DNA from: Aeropyrum pernix K1
GTDB lineage: Archaea > Thermoproteota > Thermoprotei_A > Sulfolobales > Acidilobaceae
DNA length: 32,000 bases
NCBI RefSeq assembly: GCF_000011125.1
Contig: NC_000854.2
Span: 300,001-332,000 of the forward strand
Direction: 5' to 3'
Shown: one piece after another, positions 27,082-32,000 of the stretch
Layout of the letters: each line of letters begins with the position of its first letter
How positions within the stretch are numbered: the first letter of the stretch is position 1
Position numbers and translations under genes: made by a program
Notes under the pieces: generated by a model
Databases searched by the model: none
What the model was told of the DNA's origin: nothing
What the model saw: the letters and a program-made list of their open reading frames with translations, nothing else

Positions 27082-27993
27082 TCAACCTTTACCACCCGGG
27101 CCTGAGGTCCTCTCGTAGAAATGCATGAAAACCTCCTCAAGGGTGGCGTCGCGCACCTCCAGATCCTCGAGGCCAGCGTCCAGCAGCATCCTTAGGACGC
27201 TCTCGAGAGCCTTACCGGAGGTGACAACCAGCTCCAGCTCACCATTGCTCCTGATAACTCTAACACCGTCAACCGCCAGCCTGTCGGGAGACAGATTCTT
27301 GGACACCCTAGCCTTCACAACCTTCCCCGACTTCCTGAGTAGGGAGGAGACATCCTCAAGAGCCACTAACACGCCACTCCGCAGGAGGCCCACCCTATCA
27401 GCCACCCTCTGAACCTCGCTCAGCACGTGGGAGGAGAAGAACACGGTTACACCCTCCCGAGCCTTACTCCTCACAAAATCCAGAACCCTACCCCGGGCTA
27501 GGGGGTCGAGACCCGTTGTAGGCTCATCCATGACCACCAGATCGGGCTCGTGGGAGAACGCCATAACCAGTGCAAGCATCTGCTTCATCCCCCTAGAGTA
27601 GGTGCCCACAGCCCTCTCCAGCGGCAGCGGGAAAGCCTCCAGAAGCTCCCTCACAACACCCCGGCTGCAACCACCAACTAGGCGGCACCAGTAATCCAGC
27701 ATCCTCCCGCCCGACACACCACCGTAGAACTCAAACTCGCCGGGCACATAGCCGACCCTCCTTCTCACACCGCTCGCCCCAGGATTGTAAAGCTCCACCC
27801 CGAAAACCCTGGCTGACCCGCTTGTAGGCCTGGAAAAACCCATCAATACCCTAATAGTGGTGGTTTTCCCCGCACCATTCGGCCCGAGATAGCCGAAAAC
27901 CTCCCCGGATAACACGCTGAAGGAAACACCCCTCAACGCCTCAACAGAGCCATACCTCTTAACAAGGCCCTCAACCTCAATAACAACCCCCAC
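27082..27993 (-). CDS. ABC transporter ATP-binding protein
   Basis: VEVEGLVKRYGSVEALRGVSFSV..GEVFGYLGPNGAGKTTTIRVLMG, YSRGMKQMLALVMAFSHEPDLVVMDEPTTGLDP. The ORF track extends to 28185, but domain homology begins near a GTG at 27993. Confidence 0.92.
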   Translation of the reverse strand: MGVVIEVEGLVKRYGSVEALRGVSFSVLSGEVFGYLGPNGAGKTTTIRVLMGFSRPTSGSARVFGVELYNPGASGVRRRVGYVPGEFEFYGGVSGGRMLDYWCRLVGGCSRGVVRELLEAFPLPLERAVGTYSRGMKQMLALVMAFSHEPDLVVMDEPTTGLDPLARGRVLDFVRSKAREGVTVFFSSHVLSEVQRVADRVGLLRSGVLVALEDVSSLLRKSGKVVKARVSKNLSPDRLAVDGVRVIRSNGELELVVTSGKALESVLRMLLDAGLEDLEVRDATLEEVFMHFYERTSGPGGKG

Positions 27994-28346
27994 CTGAAAA
28001 CACCCAACAACCTCCAAACGCAGAAAAGCAGCTCCCAACCCCCTAAAGGGAAAATACAAGATAAATAATGAAGACGTATTATACACTAGCTTATAAGACC
28101 CCACCTCGTAGGAACAGAAAGACACGCAAAACTTCGCAGCAACAATATGCATATGATCCAGAAGTAATACCAGAGAGTATATCAATCACGATATCATCTA
28201 CCATAAATATGCATGAGGATTGCTTTTTATCGCAGGCTAGCTTTAAGGGAGCTAAGCGAGTCAAATAATCTCTAGGGAGTTAGGTTTGGAGAGAAAATAC
28301 AAGTGGATTGAGATAAATCCAAATGTCTGCCACGGCAAACCAGTTT

Positions 28347-28667
28347 TCAGGGGTACGAGGGTTCTGCTAGGCTAGGCGTTCTTAACTTCAGCTTTTTAGA
28401 TAGCTCTAATAATTCCAGGTATACTTTGGAAGCTTTCATCGATATATCTACATCGATTGTTATTATTTCTGTCTTGCCAACAATAAACAGTAACCTCTTT
28501 AGAATATCGTTCTCATCAAAACCTTCTCTCCTGTATTTTCTAGCTATTTCAGCTAGGACTATCGAGGGAGTATATCCTCCCTGGGAGTCTAGGAGCTGCT
28601 TCACGACAGCACCCTTCTCGCTACCTCTAAAATACTCAATCCACGCATAAGTATCGTATACAGGCAA
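28347..28667 (-). pseudogene. VapC-like PIN-domain toxin, C-terminally truncated
   Basis: VYDTYAWIEYFRGSEKG...PSIVLAEIARKYRREGFDENDILKRLLFI...LKLRTPSLAEPSYP*. It ends where full-length PIN toxins continue through 'SLADA...TGD.HF'; the last acidic motif is missing. Confidence 0.7.
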
Positions 28668-28672
28668 ATCGT

Positions 28673-28873
28673 TTAACCCCTATCCTCCATTCTGTCTTTC
28701 TCAGTGTAAGGCTTAATCTTACCTTTGTCAACGCCAAACATGTCTTTAGGAATACCAGCTTTCTCGAGGACTAACTCTTCTAACACTTTCTCTGGCGTAG
28801 ATATGCCCCGCTCCTTCGCGATTCTAATCAGAATATCGTAGATACTCTTCTTCACCTTAATAGTCTCCGACAA
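28673..28873 (-). CDS. VapB-like antitoxin partner of the truncated VapC
   Basis: MSETIKVKKSIYDILIRIAKERGISTPEKVLEELVLEKAG; 5 nt upstream of the toxin gene. The longer ORF to 28912 is possible. Confidence 0.7.
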   Translation of the reverse strand: MSETIKVKKSIYDILIRIAKERGISTPEKVLEELVLEKAGIPKDMFGVDKGKIKPYTEKDRMEDRG

Positions 28874-28962
28874 TTCCGCATCCCAAGCATCTGATACGAA
28901 ACGCCTCCTCATATCCTTTACTCAAAGCTCAGATATTTGAAGTACATGGAAAGCATCCAAAA

Positions 28963-29007
28963 TGGTGGGCCCGCGGGGATTTGAACCCCGGACCTCCGCC
29001 GTGTGAG
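28963..29007 (-). repeat. Partial tRNA-Val 3' fragment (putative att site), 45 nt identical to 30165..30209
   Basis: TGGTGGGCCCGCGGGGATTTGAACCCCGGACCTCCGCCGTGTGAG occurs at both positions. The copy covers the anticodon loop (position 32) through CCA. Confidence 0.95.
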
Positions 29008-29030
29008 AACGCAAAGATATGCATGGCTTC

Positions 29031-29090
29031 ATATCACTGATATTCATGTAATCCATAAATAATAACATAAACGATATCAATACTGATATC
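29031..29090. repeat. AT-rich operator-like palindromes ATATCA-C-TGATAT (29031..29043) and GATATCA-ATAC-TGATATC (29073..29090)
   Basis: Direct reading; shared ATATCA/TGATAT arms. Confidence 0.7.
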
Positions 29091-29132
29091 ACTTATCATC
29101 AGATATGCATGATTATTGAATGACTCCTAGTC

Positions 29133-29651
29133 CTATTGTTTAAAAAGTTTCTTATACAGTTTCTCGCGAATTGACTCTAGAGGTTCGCCATGAAGAAGGT
29201 TTTCGACAGATTCTGTATCAAGGGCTACGTAGAGGTTCGATTTAAACGATGCGCGTAGGAGTGCTTTGTCTTCTGTCCATAGTGGTGCTTCTAGCTTGAG
29301 CGAGAGAGCTATAAAGGGTGTATCTTTCGGGTCGAAGAGTCTAGCTATAGAATAAGCCTCTCTCAGCTTGTCTTCATAAATTTCTTTAGGGGTAATTCTG
29401 ACTAGTGAGAAAGCTAACAAAGCTTTACTCCAGAATTCTACGCGTGCACTTTTCTCAAGCTTCTTTAAGTGCTCGCGGAATTCTAGTAAAACTTCTTCAG
29501 GAGCATACAGTTCTAGGTCTTGATGCCCCGCAATAACCCTGTATGCCTTTGCTCTTTTACCAGCGACTACTATTGAGAAGATAATATTGCTATCAACCAC
29601 CAGTGCTATATTAGGCCCTTCTCTCTGTATTCCTTCTCCACCTTCCTCCAT
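29133..29651 (-). CDS. PIN-domain ribonuclease toxin (VapC-like)
   Basis: LVVDSNIIFSIVV...LYAPEEVLLEFREHLKKL...FDPKDTPFIALSLKLEAPLWTEDKALL carries the acidic PIN motifs. Confidence 0.82.
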   Translation of the reverse strand: MEEGGEGIQREGPNIALVVDSNIIFSIVVAGKRAKAYRVIAGHQDLELYAPEEVLLEFREHLKKLEKSARVEFWSKALLAFSLVRITPKEIYEDKLREAYSIARLFDPKDTPFIALSLKLEAPLWTEDKALLRASFKSNLYVALDTESVENLLHGEPLESIREKLYKKLFKQ

Positions 29652-29833
29652 ACCTCATCCCGGGTTTTTTCGAACTCCTCTAGAGCCTTCTCTAAGTTAA
29701 CATCTATTCCTTCAGATAAAGACTCTACAACGAGTTTCCGGAGCAGCCTTTTTGATAGACCCTCTGCTACCCATTGCGCAACATCTGACTCCTTCACCTC
29801 ATCGGGCACAACTATTTTTACAACTCTAGGCAC
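29606..29833 (-). CDS. Cognate antitoxin (VapB-like)
   Basis: 75 aa, overlaps the PIN gene by 46 nt: MPRVVKIVVPDEVKESDVAQWVAEGLSKRLLRKLVVESLSEG...ALEEFEKTRDEVWRKVEKEYREKG. Confidence 0.72.
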   Translation of the reverse strand: MPRVVKIVVPDEVKESDVAQWVAEGLSKRLLRKLVVESLSEGIDVNLEKALEEFEKTRDEVWRKVEKEYREKGLI

Positions 29834-29872
29834 TATCCCTCACCCTCCAACAATTAATTGTTCACACTCCCA

Positions 29873-30082
29873 TTATATCTTGAAGAAATCCCGGGCATCT
29901 TCGCCCTCCCTTAGAAGCCGAAGATAAGAGTAGAGTTTCTCGGCGTCGACACTTTCAGCATCTACTATTTTTATTTTAATTTTCTTACCTTCAAGTTCTG
30001 TTAATGGTTTAAGTGGAATAATCACGCCGCTCTTAACAATACCCTCTATCTCAGACATCCTAAGAGCACCACGTGTTACCAC
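29873..30082 (-). CDS. Orphan antitoxin of the AF2212/UPF0165 (DUF104) type
   Basis: SEIEGIVKSGVIIPLKPLTELEGKKIKIKIVD matches the short N-terminal beta domain pattern; the likely start is the internal ATG (MSEIEG). Confidence 0.7.
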   Translation of the reverse strand: MVTRGALRMSEIEGIVKSGVIIPLKPLTELEGKKIKIKIVDAESVDAEKLYSYLRLLREGEDARDFFKI

Positions 30083-30164
30083 CGCGGTAGAAGGTAATCA
30101 AGTTACCCCGCATTGTACCTTTATTCTTGGTAGCATTACAGGAGCTAATTTGATATACAATTGT

Positions 30165-30242
30165 TGGTGGGCCCGCGGGGATTTGAACCCCGGACCTCCG
30201 CCGTGTGAGGGCGGCGTCCTAACCAGGCTAGACGACGGGCCC
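30165..30242 (-). tRNA. tRNA-Val (anticodon CAC), CCA encoded
   Basis: Reverse strand GGGCCCGTCGTCTAGCCTGGTTAGGACGCCGCCCTCACACGGCGGAGGTCCGGGGTTCAAATCCCCGCGGGCCCACCA folds with a 7-bp acceptor, D, anticodon (CCGCC/GGCGG; loop CUCACAC) and T arms. Confidence 0.95.
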
Positions 30243-30278
30243 CTTAGGGCTCCATATGCTGGATTATTCTTGGTGGTG

Positions 30279-30287
30279 GGTTTATAG
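30279..30287 (-). promoter_or_regulatory. TATA-like box of the tRNA-Val gene (reverse strand GCTATAAAC)
   Basis: AAGCTATAAACCC on the minus strand, about 40 nt upstream of the tRNA 5' end. Confidence 0.5.
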
Positions 30288-30288
30288 C

Positions 30289-31263
30289 TTACGCTGTTCT
30301 CTGGGCTCCCTGGTTTTGGGCTATTTTTAGCGTGCAGTATATGAGTGTTGTGGCTAGGTGTAGGTGGCGGAGGCTTTCTAGGACGCGGGCTAGGGCTACC
30401 GCTTCTGTCTTGCTGGTCTTGTCGCTGTATATTAGCTCTTCTACCCTTGACCTTAGCTTGGCTATGTTTGCGAGGACCTCGCTACTCCTCTTCAGGCTCT
30501 CGCTGGCCACGTTTAGCGCCGCCTCTGATGCTACTGTGGATAGCGCTGTCAGAACGTCGAGGGTGTCCTTCGAGGCGTTGCCTCCCCCCCTGCTCAGGGT
30601 CTTGACGGTGTCTAGCAGCGTCGAGGCTGCCAGGCCTAGGAAGTTCACTGCGAGGAGCTTTGATGCTGTGGCTCTTGCATCCTGCTGGCCTGTGTGAGAG
30701 CCTATAACACCCATGAGGTACCTCTCCGCCAGGGTTATGCTCCTCTGGAGCCTGATCCTGGCCCTCTCAGCCTCCCCCTCGACGCTGGAGCCTCGGGCGG
30801 CCTCTGTGAGAAGCTCTGCAATGTCCCTCAGGTCGCTCGCCACGCTCCTGATAACAGCCCTCAGATCCAGCTTGGAGGGGTCTACGAGTATGGATATGCT
30901 AACGCTGTCGTCGTCCCTGACTACGTCGACTCCGATAAACCCGGATGTCGCGTCGCGTAGCATGTTATAGACATCGTCACCCGCATTCTCCAGTACAACC
31001 TCCTCAGGCCCGAGGACATAGGCGCACCAGAGCACTCTAATGGCGTCCCCCGGGTCTAGACCGCTCAGCCTAATTCTCGAGGCGGCTGTGGCCTCGCTGT
31101 CGACCGCTGGCACTATCCGGAGGCTGCCTCCCTCAACGACAACGTAGACGGGGTCACCCTGCTTAAGCCCCATCTCCCTAACCCACTCTTTCGGGAGCGT
31201 GACTACCAGGCTGCTGGAACCGAGCTTCTGGAGCCTCCTCACACCACCCCTGCCGAGATTCAC
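30289..31263 (-). CDS. PhoU-like phosphate-signalling regulator with N-terminal SpoVT/AbrB domain
   Basis: VRRLQKLGSSSLVVTLPKEWVREMGLKQGDPVYVVVEGGSLRIVP followed by helical PhoU-like repeats. The track ORF's N-terminal 157 residues overlap the divergent orc1 gene and are rejected. Confidence 0.85.
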   Translation of the reverse strand: MNLGRGGVRRLQKLGSSSLVVTLPKEWVREMGLKQGDPVYVVVEGGSLRIVPAVDSEATAASRIRLSGLDPGDAIRVLWCAYVLGPEEVVLENAGDDVYNMLRDATSGFIGVDVVRDDDSVSISILVDPSKLDLRAVIRSVASDLRDIAELLTEAARGSSVEGEAERARIRLQRSITLAERYLMGVIGSHTGQQDARATASKLLAVNFLGLAASTLLDTVKTLSRGGGNASKDTLDVLTALSTVASEAALNVASESLKRSSEVLANIAKLRSRVEELIYSDKTSKTEAVALARVLESLRHLHLATTLIYCTLKIAQNQGAQRTA

Positions 31264-31399
31264 ATGGGGCCACCCTATCTTGCGCGCAACTCCAGTCTCG
31301 AATATTTGCGTGTAAAGACGGTATATATGTTTATAGAGTGGGGCAGCAGGATCGACGCAGAGGAGGCTAGGTAATACGGAGGCTCCCTTTCCTACAGGA

Positions 31400-31425
31400 T
31401 CCAGCGGAAAACAATGGTGTAGGGG
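31400..31425 (+). promoter_or_regulatory. Possible origin-recognition-box-like element (TCCAGCGGAAAACAATGGTGTAGGGG)
   Basis: Resembles archaeal ORB (recalled consensus about TCCAGTGGAAAC plus a G-run), immediately upstream of orc1/cdc6. Confidence 0.35.
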
Positions 31426-31434
31426 TGGGTTGAG

Positions 31435-32000
31435 CTGGCGGATCCCTTGGAGGAGGTTTTCACGGCGGCGCTGGAGAGCAAGATATTCAGGAAGCGGTGG
31501 GTGCTTCTGCCGGACTATGTGCCTGACGTGCTTCCCCATAGAGAGGCGGAGCTTAGGAGGCTCGCCGAGGTCCTGGCTCCAGCGCTGAGGGGCGAGAAGC
31601 CTAGCAACGCTCTCCTCTACGGCCTTACCGGCACGGGCAAGACGGCTGTGGCCAGGCTGGTCCTGAGGAGGCTCGAGGCCAGGGCCAGTAGCCTGGGCGT
31701 GTTGGTCAAGCCTATCTACGTCAACGCCAGGCACAGGGAGACACCCTACCGCGTAGCCTCGGCTATCGCGGAGGCGGTTGGCGTTAGAGTACCCTTTACA
31801 GGGCTCAGCGTGGGAGAAGTCTACGAGAGGCTTGTCAAGAGGCTCTCGCGCCTCAGGGGCATATACATCATAGTGCTGGACGAGATAGACTTCCTCCCCA
31901 AGAGGCCCGGGGGACAGGACCTGCTCTACAGGATAACCAGGATTAACCAGGAGCTGGGCGATAGGGTGTGGGTCAGCCTAGTAGGGATAACGAACAGCCT
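31435..32000 (+). CDS. Orc1/Cdc6 replication initiator, 3'-truncated by the window edge; start approximate
   Basis: Manual translation from 31435: LADPLEEVFTAALESKIFRKRWVLLPDYVPDVLPHREAELRRLAEVLAPALRGEKPSNALLYGLTGTGKTAVARL...IYIIVLDEIDFLPKRPGGQDLLYRITRINQELGDRVWVSLVGITNS. Not in the ORF track. Confidence 0.9.
   Translation, partial: MADPLEEVFTAALESKIFRKRWVLLPDYVPDVLPHREAELRRLAEVLAPALRGEKPSNALLYGLTGTGKTAVARLVLRRLEARASSLGVLVKPIYVNARHRETPYRVASAIAEAVGVRVPFTGLSVGEVYERLVKRLSRLRGIYIIVLDEIDFLPKRPGGQDLLYRITRINQELGDRVWVSLVGITNS

Larger units (their letters stand above)
28963..30209. mobile_element. Putative small tRNA-integrated element (about 1.2 kb) carrying toxin-antitoxin genes; no integrase seen
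   Basis: Bounded by perfect 45-nt direct repeats: the 3' end of the intact tRNA-Val at one side and the isolated 3' fragment at the other. Confidence 0.6.

Noticed and set aside
27994-28185. N-terminal 64 aa of the 367-aa ABC ATPase ORF
   Set aside because: Atypical residues upstream of the canonical ABC N-terminus; a GTG at 27993 gives a normal protein.
28963-29007. Second functional tRNA-Val gene
   Set aside because: Lacks the whole 5' half. The preceding sequence (GTT on the minus strand) cannot form the anticodon stem. Retained only as an att-like fragment.
28963-30242. Full provirus or conjugative element
   Set aside because: No integrase, capsid, replication or transfer genes are visible in the 1.2 kb between the repeats; only TA-type genes.
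31264-31734. N-terminal extension of the PhoU/AbrB ORF
   Set aside because: Overlaps the P-loop coding region of orc1 on the opposite strand and has non-protein-like composition.

Overview
The window looks like a compact, GC-rich hyperthermophilic crenarchaeal chromosome, most likely Aeropyrum-like (an inference from protein character; no database was searched). Most of 1-25 kb is densely packed housekeeping genes: family-4 UDG, a secreted Lon/S16-like protease, CDP-archaeol synthase, Nop10, aIF2-alpha, S27e, L44e, a GINS candidate, PriS, PCNA, TFS, RpoL, Csl4, a METTL5-like methylase, Dph2, L10e, MoeA, Cren7, SfsA, a class III aminotransferase, Hjc, a PIN-ATPase (PINA-like) and ThiI. Two real genes are missing from the ORF track: nop10 (4995..5171, minus, 58 aa) and a partial Orc1/Cdc6 gene running off the right edge (about 31435..32000, plus). 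The most interesting region is 25-30.3 kb, which is accessory-like and AT-richer. An intact tRNA-Val(CAC) at 30165..30242 has a perfect 45-nt copy of its 3' end at 28963..29007. The two copies bracket about 1.2 kb holding a PIN/antitoxin pair and an orphan antitoxin, with no visible integrase. This looks like a minimal or decayed tRNA-integrated toxin-antitoxin element. Just outside it is a second VapB gene with a C-terminally truncated VapC. The area also has palindromic AT-rich sequence and recurrent ATATGCATG motifs. Between convergent genes at 25576..25979, an unusually long gap holds a GC-rich foldable segment behind a TATA-like element, a candidate structured ncRNA.
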